Assembly (NCBI GenBank): GCA_964016885.1
Contig: OZ024740.1
Location: 191,642,001-191,706,000, forward strand
DNA length: 64,000 nucleotides
Origin: Eledone cirrhosa
Taxonomy: Eukaryota
Direction of reading: 5' to 3'
Part shown: positions 13,109-27,732 of the stretch, piece by piece
Numbering within the stretch: the stretch's first letter is position 1
Layout of the letters: every line of letters begins with the position of its first letter
The notes under the pieces: generated by a model
What the model saw: the letters and a program-made list of their open reading frames with translations, nothing else
What the model was told of the DNA's origin: nothing
Database searches by the model: none
Position numbers and translations under genes: made by a program

Positions 13109-15449
13109 AGAGAGAGTGAGAGAGAGAGAGAGCGAGAGAGAGAGATATAGGGGAAAGAGAGAGAGAGATAGGGGGAGATATAGAGAGATTGATAGAAAAA
13201 TCTATACCAGCATGGAAATCAAACATAAATTGATGGTGAGAATGAATCGTAACTGTTGAGCAATGAAATAACCAATGTCTATCTCTCTTCTTTCTGAGAG
13301 AACACCATACCAAAACCTACACTGACAGAATTACTCGAAATACTGATCAGTTATGTGGTACCCAGTATATTACTTAATTTAGTTGTCCGAATATATACAA
13401 AATATTTCACGAATATATGAATATATGACAGGAAAATGTAATTTTTGTGAATCCATTTTATCTCCAAAACAAAGGTTTTCTCGTTTTTGTAATATTATTT
13501 TCAATGTAATTTTAACAAGTGCAAAATTCGAAGATTGTGTTTTAGTTTTAAGCATTTTATCTTATGTTTAATAATGTACAGATACCATACTCTGAGAATA
13601 TGTTATGGCTTATGAACTTTCATTTACAGTAAAACTGAGCTAGGATCAAAAGATCAAATGACATGAAGCCTTTGTTAATAGCATTTCATAGATCTATTTT
13701 ATCTCACTTAAATTAAATCATATCACGATTTATAGAATATTCTAAACATTCCTAAATATAAACCGCAAGCAAAACTTTTAATATATTTAGCATGCGTTCA
13801 ATCTTATTAGAATTTGCTTTTCATTGCAGATTCTTATATAATTTTGCTGCTGTAATTTCTGAAAAAATAATATCTGCTCTGAAAGCTTTCTTATGTGAAT
13901 AGATAAATAATCTTATCATGAAACGATGACCAGCTATATTTTATTGCATTCATATTATATCAAGATATTTTGTGCCACCAGCTTGTTGATAATGAAGAAA
14001 TAATTTAGATTTATTAACATTTCCTTTTTATCTTGTCCTGATATTCTTTATATGTTGAGCTTTCTATAAGGATATCTTCTATATAAGTACCTCTTGTATG
14101 TCATTACATCCAAAGATGTAAGATTTAAATCAAGATAATAACATGTACTGAGAAGATTGTATATCAGGAATGCTGCCCATAGCTATGTCAAGATTGAAAC
14201 TACTTTTTAGTTACATAAATACTTATTTAACTGAACGATTTTGGCCTAAATTATTAATGCAAATACTCTTAACAAAATGCAAATACTTAAACAAAATTTA
14301 AATTAAAATGACATATAGCAGTTTTCATGGGCCATAAGCAACCAAATGTAAAACTCAAAACAACCTTATCATCAATACTCTACTGACATATCATATGCCA
14401 CAAAAACTAAATCCAGATTTTCTTTCACTAATTTCAGTGATTAATGTGAGCATATACTGGAGCAGAGTTCATACAGTTGGAACACAATTTTAATTTACAC
14501 TGTACAGACAAGAGGTCCTCCACTTTCTGTAATTCTGTGCTCATTTTCACCAAAAATAATTTTACAATCACCCACATCCAATTTTTGAAATTAGAAAACA
14601 CTTAAAATACTTTAAAAAACACTAACAAGCTACATATACATTAATGCTTATCCCTTTCTGGGATTATTTAGCCTGCTAAAAATAGTAGCCAAATATCTCA
14701 GGAATTACACATAAACTTTCTAATAAAATATCTGAAAATAAGGGATGACCAAGAACAGATTGCATTTAATTATAGTTCTACTCAAACAGGGACAATGTAA
14801 TTTTAAACAGCAAATTATTTTCGAAAATACATATTATGAAATTAGAAAACATTTGCTCAATGTATCTTTTTATTGAAAAGTATTATAACATAATTAAGTG
14901 TATAACTTAGATTGTTTAAAATAAGCTGAGAATATAAAATAAATTTATAAAAGAATTACAAATCTTGTAAAAATACAATTTTCATTCTCCCATTTTACCC
15001 ATCTTTTATTAAAACAGATCCACTAACAATTTAAACAAAATATATAGTTACGACCTCCTTTTTAAAAAAAATACAATACTTTTGATAAAATTTGCAGTCT
15101 TTAACAGTATTAAAAATAAAAAATAAAAAGAACAGCAAGCTCAAGATGCAGTGATCAAGACATACAACTCTCTCTCTCTCATAACCCATTAGCATTTAAA
15201 CTGGCCATATCCAGTTAGAATGTTCTCACCTCTTTCTGTTCAAAGTGGCAGCACCAGGCCACTCATACAGATATTAAGGTATTGTTTTCAAAATAAATAA
15301 TATCAATATCTCATAGATTTGATACGATGTGAGATAATTATGTGAAAATGTAATAATAAATATAGAGTAATGAAAATGCTAAAATTTTAAGTGGTGAATG
15401 CGTTAAAATTCATCTGAATTATCATTTTGTCTTTTTTCTATGAATAATA

Positions 15450-15640
15450 ATAATGATATTATTGTATACAGTGCTCAGGTGCAGTATAACTCAACAGGTG
15501 CATGTATAGTATATAGAATAATATACACATATCAGGAAAGTTATACATGTGTGCATGTGTATGGAGGGGGAATGTCAGGTGTAATGCTGGCGAATTTCAA
15601 GAAGCATGGAGGTTTTAAAGGATGCAGTGTATATGTTAGA
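15450..15640 (-). mobile_element. Probable LINE (CR1/L2-type) 3' end fragment
   Basis: Ends on the minus strand in gcacctgagcactgtatacaataatatcatt followed by (ATT)n. Confidence 0.35.
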
Positions 15641-16999
15641 TGATTCGTCACAAGGAAACTTTCTCACAAGTCATTGTGTTCGTTTATCCTCTACTCTATG
15701 AGATTCAACTTTTTTACCAGAGAATGAAATCAAGCATTATTATCTAAAAATTGTAACTATAGCCAAACCTCTATGTAGTTGGATGAACTGCTTGATATAG
15801 CAGGCAAATATTCGTCAAATCTCATTTTAAATATAACAGGAGTATTTTAAAATGTAGTCTCTTTCCAAAAGATGGAAAGGTCATAAATCGAATGCTGTTT
15901 GCCATGTAGATTAAACTAAACATTAAACAAACACTATCTAGTTAGAACATATGGAATTGATATTTAAACAACATTTTTTTTAATAATTAGTGTAAATGAA
16001 GAGAAAAATAGTTATATTTTATGGTTAATCTGAGAATGTGTCACAATTTAGAAATAAAAGAAAAAAGTCAATGATCATTATATATTTACGCTGAGGTTGA
16101 CTTTGCCTTTCATCCTTATGAGGTCGAGATAAAATAAAGTACCAGTAATGCACTGGAAAATTGCTGGCCTTGTGCCGAAAGTAGAAACAATTATATAATT
16201 ATATTTGTAAATGAAGACTAACATTGAATCTAAATTGTCTCCACATCACCAAATTAATATTCATGGATTAAAAAATAAAAACAAACCATAATATATAATT
16301 TTGTCACACGTTACCTCATAATAAAAAAATATTTGTGTAATCATTTCATAAATATTGTTAAATAATATTATGACACGAGATAGATGCAATAGTGTGGGTG
16401 AAGGTTAATGTTGTGATAGCTACTGGGGGCTTAGGATTAGTAATTAAGGATTTTTGAGGGGAGTGGATAGAGAAAGAGAGAAGGGTTCTTGTGATGTTGG
16501 ATAGGTTAAGCATAGATGTGTATTGTTGGTGAGAAAAACAACTAAAGCATGATAGTGGATTAGGTTATGAAAGTAACACGTCACTTGTTATGGTACTAGA
16601 TAAGACATCTCTACCACAATATGCTATCAATCTCCAGGAACTATTTCCATCTCTGCCATAAGGTTTAGCTTCCTTAATTCAATTTGCACAACATAAGTTT
16701 CTACATCTACATCTTCCCCTAAGTCAGAACATCAAAGATATTATTGCCCTCCTTTATACATCTTCCATACAATTTACAGAGAAACAGTTGCCTGGCGTCT
16801 AACATGCCACTGAGATAACTATCATATAACTACAGCTTAAACATATGTAACAAAATCCTCATATGTTTATTACATATAAACATATATTAGGTTTCATATA
16901 CACCTCTATTATGAACAATGCTATATTAGTGCTACTGTTAATTTACCCTAACAAGTAAAGTTCATTCTACATGCTAAAATGTATTTATACTCATCTTAG

Positions 17000-17571
17000 G
17001 TCACTATTTTGTGTTTCTGTATGGTTGATTTGTTGTTGTTATTCCGTTAATGTTTTCTGTTCAGCTTCGGTTTTCTTAGTTCTATTTCAGTTGATTCCCT
17101 AATTTGTTTACCTACTGCGTCATTTCTATGTGTGGATATTATTTTAATTTCTGTTGTCTTCTTTTTGTCTCCTTTTAGTTCATCCCAGTGCTGGTCTAAT
17201 CTTTCCCCTCTGCTCCAAGTTATCTTTCCAAAACTGAAAGGAAAACGTGAATGGAATAACGACAAAAACCTTACACAAACATAGAACAGTGACCTAAGAT
17301 AAATATAAATAACTATACGCAGGTACAATAATAACAACCACACATAAACACACACTAGTGACCAAATATAGAATACAAGACACACATACTTAGACAGGAA
17401 CACACAAACACACACCAAACAGAAAACACTCACTCAACCTAATGCGCAAACAGTGACAACAATAAATAAATAAATAAATAAAACGTAGATAAAGTAAACC
17501 TTACAATACAATGAGAGGAAACATAATAGTATCACTGATGATGTCACATGTAACGAAAGGAATTTGAAAGA

Positions 17572-17575
<4 letters not shown>
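17000..17575. mobile_element. PLE remnant: GIY-YIG tail (-) joined to a pseudo-LTR with an HHR (+)
   Basis: Minus-strand RGERLDQHW...QIRESTEIELRKPKLNRKH resembles 33816-34256. CTGATGA-t-GTCAC-at-GTAAC-GAAA at 17535-17558. Confidence 0.65.
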
Positions 17576-17615
<40 letters not shown>

Positions 17616-17887
17616 CAATATTATTAACTGTTGGTTGACATTGAATATCAGCTAAACATTGAATATCAGCTAAATTAACTATAGGGATATAACATAATAC
17701 GGAAGCAAAAACCAACCGGAACCAGAGAGTGTCAATATTATAACAACATATATCCTCCCCTAATAAAACAATATTGTTTTTAATGAACAATTTCTCATCA
17801 AAAACATTACAGAACAAATGTGTCGCCGTCATATATATATAAGCCATCAAATATATATAGATATCTCTATATATATACATATATATT

Positions 17888-18381
<494 letters not shown>

Positions 18382-18437
18382 TAGATATATATAAATATAT
18401 ATGTAAGTATATGTATATAAACATATATATACATATA

Positions 18438-18805
18438 TCATCATCATCATCATCAGCACTATTTTACGTCCGTTCTTCCACGCTAGCATGGGTTAGACGA
18501 GTTGTCCTGTTGTGTGCAGTGTCCGGTCGGCTGACCTTGTCTTGCTCATACGGGAACTGATTCTGGCTTGATTTCTACAGCTGGATGCACTTCCTAACAC
18601 GAACCTCATTTACAGTGAGTGGTGGGAACTTTTTTTCCGTGGCACCTCCACGACCACTTTGCAGTGGAATGATAGGGACCCTAGATCTTGCATCTCATTT
18701 CTACAGCTAAGTAAACTGGAGTGATGTGAAATAAAATGTCTTGCTCATGGAAACAACACAACACCCGGTCCTAGAATTGAACTCACAACCTTTCAATTGC
18801 AAACA
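18438..18805 (-). mobile_element. SINE family A, 5'-truncated
   Basis: B-box gagttcaattct, core tgtgttgtttccatgagcaagacattttatttcac, and RTE-like tail gcgtggaagaacggacgtaaaa..(ATG)n. Confidence 0.85.
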
Positions 18806-18936
18806 CAATATATATATATGTATATATATAGAGAAAATTGAGGTTGGTAATGGCACATGGAATATATAAGAGACAGAATACTTTTTTGTGAAAAAACATA
18901 TAATTTTATAAGGTAAGGATATAATAAAGGGTATAA

Positions 18937-18984
18937 AAAATGACCGGTTTCGATGGGTCTGCAAAAGCCATCTTTTCAAATGTT
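18937..18984 (-). ncRNA. Minimal HHR-like motif in the pseudo-LTR (U3-A8 core); second copy at 23974-24021
   Basis: Minus strand reads aacat-TTGAAAA-GATGG-11 nt-CCATC-GAAA-CCGG-TC-atttt, with a palindromic CCGG stem III. Confidence 0.65.
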
Positions 18985-19561
18985 GATTAATATTAAGAAA
19001 AATTAATAATACGAAGAGTTAAAATTTGAGATTTGAAAATTCAAGTATAAAATTCATTGTGTGATTTCATAGTAGTTTTCATCTAGGTAGCAACAACAAG
19101 TTGACTGCTGTGTCCCTTTCTGGTAGTGAATGAGAAGTTATTTGGAGTGTGGGTTATTTTATAAAGGTCAGATTTAGCAATGGTCAGTTGGCCAGCTGCT
19201 GGTCAGTGAGGGGGTGGAAGCAATATACATACATATATCTTCCTGTGGTGGGTAGGAGAGTGGAGCGTGATAGAAAGGGATTTAGTGCACTTACACCTAT
19301 ATATACACACATACCTTCATCCACACATACATACATATACATATACCGCACATATACATATATATATATATATCATCATCATCATTTTACGTCCGCTTTT
19401 CCCTGATTGCAAGGGTGGGACTGGTCTTATTCAGCACAGTATCTCTCCACTCGTCACGGTCCCTCGTCATCTCCACCGTGAGCTTCAATGATCTGAGGTC
19501 TGTTCTCACCACCTCCGCCCATGTTTTTCGTGGTCTACCTCTACCACGTCTTCCTTCAACT

Positions 19562-19633
<72 letters not shown>

Positions 19634-19799
19634 CACACATACATACACACATACATATACATACACACATACACACACACACCCACACATAAACACATAC
19701 ACACACATATATATATATATATACACACACACACATATATATACATACACATACATCCAGATACACACATACACACACACACACACATATATATATATA

Positions 19800-19830
<31 letters not shown>

Positions 19831-20282
19831 ACACACACACCCACACATACATACACACACACACATATATATACATACACACAATACATACATCCACATG
19901 CACACACATACACACACACACACATATACACATACATACACCCACACACAGAGAAATGGCCTCAAAATATATATATATATACATATATACACATATATTT
20001 TTTTCATAATATAAGAAGTTGGGACAGTGAAATTAAAATACAAGTCATTCTGATCACATTGAGTTCTTCATGTAGATTGGGCCCCGCAACCGACAGTGGT
20101 GAATTCTGTTGGCGCATATATATATATAGATATATGTGTGTGCACGTGCAGGGTTTAACATGGATGTGTTGGTCACACAAAGGCATGGTCTGTCAACGAA
20201 TAAACCTGATTCTACAGAATTGGTCTCTGGTCTTTAATAGTAGTGATTCCGTGCGTATGTGTGTTTATATTTTATGATAATT

Positions 20283-23200
20283 CTATTGGGGTGATAACCC
20301 GTTTAGTTTTGGTTTAAATTTGTTAAGGAATAGTGTTTCTTTGTTTATTCTGTGTTGCTGTGTGAACGAATCTGAGCACTTGTAGAAGGGGAAGATTTTA
20401 AAGTTGGGTAGTGTCATTCCTGCGCAGTTCGCAATATGGCTGCTCAAAGGGATTTTTCTTGTGTTAGCGTCCCGGATTTGTTGGCGGTGGATGGTCATTC
20501 TTTTGCGTAATGAAGTGCCCGTCTGTCCTCTGTAGTTGTGTTTGCACCCACCGCAAGTTATTGCGTAAATCAAGTTCTCCGAGTTGCAGGTGAAATTGTT
20601 TTTTACTGTAAATGTTTGGCCATCTTTGAATGTAAATGTTTGTCCTTCAGTGAGGTAGAGGCACGTTCCACAGTTTGTTCTACCACATTTGGTAACTGTA
20701 GGGTTGAGGATTGGTTTGGGTATATTTGGTCCAGTGAGAATGCGTTTAAGTGATTTGGGTTGTCTTTTACATTTAAGGATCTTGTGTGTTTCAAGAATAG
20801 ACTTCATTTTTACATCTTTAAGTAGGATGGGGAGGTTTTTGTGTAGGTGATCAAACATTTCGGTATTTCTGGGGTTGAAAGTGGATACATATGGCAGAGT
20901 GTTGAGTGTAGTTTTCTGTTTTGGATTGTTAAGTTGATGCGGATTTAGGTGTTTTTCCCTGTCTATTCCATTGTTGATTATTTCAAGTGGAAAGGCTCTT
21001 AAGATAAGGGTGTCTTTTAGTTCCTTTAGTCTTTGCTCCCGTTTAGGTGGATCTGATACTATGGTACATATACGTTTGGCCAAATTGTAAGCAATGTTAA
21101 GTTTTGTATGTTTTGGGTGACTTGATGTGAAAAAGAGGTATTGCTTGGAATCTGTGGGTTTATAGAATATATCTGTATCTACTTTCCCGTCTATTACAGA
21201 GATGAGAATATCCAAGAAGGCTAATTCCTTAGGATTGGATTCCATTGTGAATTGTATGTTATTATCTATGTTGTTTATCATGTTTTTAAACGTAGTAAGT
21301 GAGTTCATGTCTTCTTGCCATAGGATAAAGCAATCGTCTAGATATCTTTTCCAATTGGCTTTGAGGTGTGTGTGGAAAGAGTATCCAAATAAGAGAAGGG
21401 ATTGACTGTATATTTGTTGTTCATGGAATCCCATGACTAAGTTGGCATATGTGGGTGCTACTTTCGTGACCATTGCCGTACCTGATACTTGTCTGTATGT
21501 TGAACCATTGAATGTGAAGTAGTTATTTTATAGGATAAAGCGGAGTCCGTCAGTGATAAAATCTGTGTTGATGCGTGTCGGTATTTCTGATGGGTGTGTG
21601 TTAAGCCAGTATTGGACTGCTGTTATTCCATAGTTGTTGGGTATGTTTGTGTAGAAGTTTATTACGTCAAAGGAGACAAGAATTGTATTTGCACTTACTG
21701 TTTTAGGGAGGTGTTTCAGCATGTCAAGGTCATCTCGTATGTAGCTCTGTATATGTTGTAGAAAGTGTTTCAGTAGGATGTCCAGAAAGTTGCTAAGTCT
21801 GTGGGTTTCACATGTAGGGCCTGCTATAATTGGCCTGAGCTTTAGGTCTTCTGGTGGTGTTAGTTCAATGTAATTGTTGGTTGAGGTGTCACATGCATCG
21901 TTTATGAGTTTACATTTGTGGAGTTTCGGTAAGCCGTAAAAAGAGCTTGTATTGCATTTGAAGTGGCTTATATAGTTAAACTCTTTTGTGGTTAAGCTGT
22001 TGCGGTATTTATTCAGTAAGGTCAAAAGGTTCCCCATTGTTTTGGTGTGTTTGTAGTTTTCTGTTTTTTCATAGTATGTGTTGTTTTCTAAAATGTTAAG
22101 TTCGAGGGTCCTATAGTAGTCCGTATTCATAATAATGGCAACAGTACTGCCTTTATCGGCTTCTTTGATAGTTATCTCAGGGTTGTTTCTAAGTGTGAAT
22201 AATTCTTCCCATTCGTGTGTAGATAGGTTTGATTTCGTGTGTTTATTTGTAATTTTTTCATAGGGAAAGTTGGTGATGTGTTCGCAGTACGTGTCCAGTG
22301 CTTTATTTCTTCCCTTTTGTGGGCAGAAATTGCTTTTATTTCTAACCAGTGATTCGTCTTCAGTGTTGGTGTCGTTGTGGAAGAATTCCGTTAGTCGCAG
22401 CTTTCGGCAGTATTCCATGATGTCATCCTTCATTTCGGGGAAGTTTGGTTTACGTGGTGTAGGTGTAAATTTCAGGCCCTTACTTAAAATGTTGATTTGT
22501 GTGTTGGTTAGAGGTGTCTTTGAGAGGTTGATTATTTTTGGTTTCTCCTGAGGGGGGGGGGGGCATCGACTATCCTGGTATTTCAGGCTTTTCCCTAAAA
22601 AAGGAATGTAGTTTTGTGTGTGATTATATTTTGTTGGTCTGTTGCGTGTGGGTCTGTAGCTTGTTGTTTCATGAGGGTGAATGTGATGGTGGGGGTGGTA
22701 TGTGTTGTGGTTGTTGATGAGCAAGGGTTCTGTTGTTGGTTCATGTGGTCTGGGTGCGTTATTTCTGTGGTACAGAGTGTTGAGGTTGGGGGGTTGTCTT
22801 TTGTTGGATTGAGGGTGATGTCTGGTGTGGTTGTGGGTAAGTTCTGTTGTGATTTCAAGTGGTCTGGGTGGATTTCTTCTGGGGAATGTGGTGTGTGTGT
22901 TGTGAGTTGGATCTATGTTATTTCGTCGTTGGTTTATGTAGGGGGCATTTCTACGGAAACCAGTGTTGTGGTGGTTGGGTGTGTTTCTGTTGGTGTAGTT
23001 GGCCGTATTTGGTTTGTGTTGGTGGGGGATGTGCCTGTGGTTAGTGTGTGTTGGGTTTGGTGGTGTAAATGTGTCTGTTGTAGTTCTTGTTATGTTCAAA
23101 TGCTTTATAAAGGGGTTACCTGTTTGGTGCGTCCTTTTAAAGTCTTCTTCATATTTGAGGAACCAGTTTTCGGATTTTTCCCACCGTTTAAGGGAAATAA

Positions 23201-23803
23201 TTTCTGCATTCTCGCAGTCCTGTTTCCACGATTTTATTAAATTTTGTAGGGTTGTTCCCTCGGCCTTTTTAGTGCATTCTTCCTCCATATTTTTATCAGT
23301 ATCCTTATACTCTTGCTCGTTTGAGGTGGCCCTTAATTTTAGGAGTTCTATTTCCATGTTGATCCTGTTGAGTGAGATTTCTTCACGGAGTTTTCTTTCT
23401 GGTTCAGGTTCGTTTGTAATATGCTTTATTTGGAACTTACGTGGTAAAACTATCGGAGTTGAGTTAATCCATTTTTGGTAAATTCCTGCTTTGTTGAGGT
23501 TTTTTATCATATTCCAGAAAGTGAATTTTCTCGTTTTTAGATGTTTTTTTCCAGAGGTGTCCCATTTGGTTTTTGATATGGAGCAATGACGTTTGTTCTG
23601 TGTTGGTATTCATAAGTTTTTAGATGAAGTTGCACACGTTTTGAACGTTTAAATAAATTTGGTTGTCAGTCGGTGTGGTGGTTTGGGGGTATATCCTGTT
23701 TTTTGGTCAGAATGGTGAGTTTTCCATTTATCTCTTTTAGGATTTTCAGGATTTCCTCATTTATATTGGAGTTTGAAGATGTGTTGTCTTGTTCCAGTGC
23801 CAT
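20283..23803 (-). pseudogene. PLE polyprotein (N-terminal domain, RT, GIY-YIG endonuclease), disrupted
   Basis: Motifs LSKGLKF, ADKG, FYGLPKLHK, RPII, SFDV and RYLDD, then CxxxxCxxC and NLIYAITCGGCKHNYRGQT..RMTIH. In-frame TAA at 21528-21530 joins ORFs 21528-23510 and 20283-21473. Further lesions at about 23520-23670; probable start MALEQ at 23803. Confidence 0.92.
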
Positions 23804-24794
23804 TTTCGGATTTGCGTAGGTTAGTACATGTGAAAAGTGTAACTTTCTACACAAAACGAAGGTTATAGAGAAAATTGAGGTTGGTAATGGCACATGGAAT
23901 ATATAAGAGACAGAATACTTTTTTGTGAAAAAACATATAATTTTATAAGGTAAGGAAATAATAAAGGGTATAAAAAATGACCGGTTTCGATGGGTCTGCA
24001 AAAGCCATATTTTCAAATGTTGATTAATATTAAGAAAAATTAATAATACGAAGAGTTAAAATTTGAGATTTGAAAATTCAAGTATAAAATTCATTGTGGG
24101 ATTTCATAGTAGTTTTCATCTAGGTAGCAACAACAAGTTGACTGCCGTGTCCCTTTCTGGTAGTGAATGAGAAGTTATTTGGGGTGTAGGTCATTTTATA
24201 AAGGTCAGATTTAGCAATGGTCAGTTGGCCAGCTGCTGGTCAGTGAGGGGGTGGAAGCAATATACATACATATATCTTCCTGTGGTGGGTAGGAGAGTGG
24301 AGCGTGATAGAAAGGGATTTAGTGCACTTACACCTATATATACACACATACCTTCATCCACACATACATACATATACATATACCACACATATACATATAT
24401 ATATATATATCATCATCATCATCATTTTACGTCCGCTTTTCCCTGCTTGTAAGGGTGGGACGGGTCTTATTCAGCACAGCATCTCTCCACTCGTCACGGT
24501 CCCTCGTCATATCCACCGTGGGCTTCAATGATATGAGGTCTGTTCTCACCACCTCCGCCCATGTTTTTCGTGGTCTACCTCTACCACGTCTTCCTTCAAC
24601 TGGCATATATATATATATATATATACATATACACACATACATACACACACGCATACATATACATACACACATACACACATATATACACATACACACACAT
24701 ATATATATATATACACACACACACATATATATACATACACATACATCCAGATACACACATACATACACACACACACATATATATATATACACAC

Positions 24795-24826
<32 letters not shown>

Positions 24827-24922
24827 CCACACATACATACACACACACACATATATATACATACACACATACAAACATACACACACACACATATATATAC
24901 ACATACACACACATATATATAT

Positions 24923-24953
<31 letters not shown>

Positions 24954-25322
24954 CATACGCATACATCCAGATACACACATACACACACACACACGCACAC
25001 ACAATACATACATCCACATGCACACACATACACACACACATACATACACCCACACAGAGAAATGGCCTCCGAATATATATATATATACATACATACACAT
25101 ATATGTTTTTCATAATATAAGAAGTTGGGACAGTGAAATTAAAATACAAGTCATTCTGATCACATTGAGTTCTTCATGTAGATTGGGCCCCGCAACCGAC
25201 AGTGGTGAATTCTGTGTGCGCATATATATATAGATATATGTGTGTGCACGTGCAGGGTTTAACATGGATGTGTTGTTCACACAAAGGCATGGTCTGTCAA
25301 CGAATAAACCTGATTCTACAGA

Positions 25323-25488
<166 letters not shown>

Positions 25489-25984
25489 GTATATATAAAA
25501 TCTTTGTTGGTTTTTTTCAATAAACAAATATCATTATTTCTGAAGACAGGTTAACTTTCCCTTTCATCCTTATAGGGTCGATAACATAAGGTACCAGTAA
25601 TACACTGGGTAATTGCTGGCCTTGTGCCAAAAGTAGAAACAATTATTTCTGTAGACAGCATACATATGTGTAGGTATGTATATTCCCTCTGATAGTTTGT
25701 AAAAAATGTACATAGATCTATATGATATACATACCAACACACACATATATATCCTAGAAACGATCGTAAAATGATGATTTTTTTTTTAATATAAGGAACT
25801 GTTTCTTTGTTTTTCTTCATTATTTTTATTAATTTATCTTGAATCTATTTTCCTGTGTTTTTCATCGAAAAAATGTTGAATAAATCTTCTCTTTTCATGA
25901 TATTTGGATTACATTGAGTTCTTCATACGGATTGGACACTACCGTATATTTTGGTAGATTTATCTACACATATATATATATTAT

Positions 25985-27145
25985 ACAGAGGTACTCTCAG
26001 TAAAGTCAGGGTGGGAATGGAGTTCAGTGAGGAATTCCAGATACAAGCAGGAGTACATGAGGGTTCGGTCCTAAGCCCGCTCTTGTTCATTATAATCCTC
26101 CAAGCCATAACAGAGGAGTTTAAGACTGGCTATCCATGGGAACATCTTTATGCTGATGATCTGGTTCTTATACCAGAATCAGTAGAGGAGCTTGAGAATA
26201 AATTCCGGCTATGGAAACAGCAGTTGGAAGCAAGAGGACTGAGAGTGAACCTAGCTAAGACAAAAGTGTTGATGAGTGGGAAAAGAGGACAAAACCCTGA
26301 TTCCGTCAGGGAAATGGCCATGTTCGATATGCAGAAAAGGAACTGGCATAAATTCTATAAAATGCACACAATGCAGATCGTGATTACACAAGAGATGTAG
26401 CGGGATAGCAGGCAAATTAACGGGTAAGGAGAAATATGAATGCAGTAGATGTACAGGGAAATTAGACAGTAGAAGTCGCATTGATAGACACATTTTTCAA
26501 AGGCAGGAGGGCGCTATAGAAGTGGTGGACAGCTTCCGGTACCTAGGAGATCATATAGCAATGGAGGAGGGTGTACAGAGACCATAGTATTTAGAATAAG
26601 GACGGGTTGGAAGAAGTTTAGGGAGCAGCTACCTCTGTTGACGAAGAAGTGTTTCTCCCTTCGTACGAAAGGCCGGTTGTATGATGCCTGTGTGAGGAGC
26701 GCGATGCTGCATGGTAGTGAGACATGGGCAGCAACTGCCCCGGATATGTGACGGCTGGAGAGAAATGAGGCAATCATGCTCCGTTGGATGTGCGGTGTAA
26801 ATGTACGTGAACGACCCAGCATAAATGTGTTGATAGAGAAACTCTGTCTGAGAGGGATAGAATGTAGTGTACTGGAGAGAAGACTGCGGTGGTATGGACA
26901 TGTGATGCGCATGGAGGATGACCGATGGGTGAAAAAGTGCCAGGAAATGCCAGTTGAAGGAAGACGTCGTAGAGGTGGACCACAAAAAACATGGGCGGAT
27001 ATGGTGAGAACAGACCTCAGATTATTGAAGCTCACGGTGGAGATGACGAAGGACCGTGACGAGTGGAGAGATGTTGTGTTAAATAAGACCTGTCCGACCC
27101 TTACAAGCAGGGAAAAGCGGACGTAAAATGATGATGATGAAGATG
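25985..27145 (+). mobile_element. RTE LINE, 5'-truncated, with an (ATG)n tail
   Basis: GVHEGSVLSPLLF, LYADDLVL, GLRVNLAKTK, MLRWMCG, RRLRWYGHV, GRRRRGGP. One frameshift near 26280 and a stop at 26381. Ends gggaaaagcggacgtaaaatgatgatg. Confidence 0.92.
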
Positions 27146-27149
27146 ATGA

Positions 27150-27508
<359 letters not shown>

Positions 27509-27509
27509 T

Positions 27510-27694
27510 TCAACCCTAGAATAGGAATGAGAAATGGGATGACAAAACACAAATCCCCAGGTAATAATAACTCTAGGAAAGCCTCTACCGACTCCACTAG
27601 AAACCCTAGAAGGAATAGACCTAGAAATATCACCTGGCTCAACCTTCCATTCTCATCTAATCTAGCCACTAATATCCCCAAACGCTTCTTCTCT
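27510..27694 (+). mobile_element. PLE linker fragment
   Basis: Translates [27 protein letters not shown], similar to RRVTWYNAPF (44610) and RNIIWYSTRFS (49610). Confidence 0.6.
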
Positions 27695-27732
27695 GTCTAA
27701 CTTAATAGCACCACCTGGCGAAGTCTTTCAAT

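Noticed and set aside
13730-14170. Protein-like minus-strand text (EITAAKLYKNLQ...)
   Set aside because: Multiple stops and no recognisable family.
22270-23481. Plus-strand ORFs of 93-208 aa
   Set aside because: Antisense shadows of the PLE ORF.
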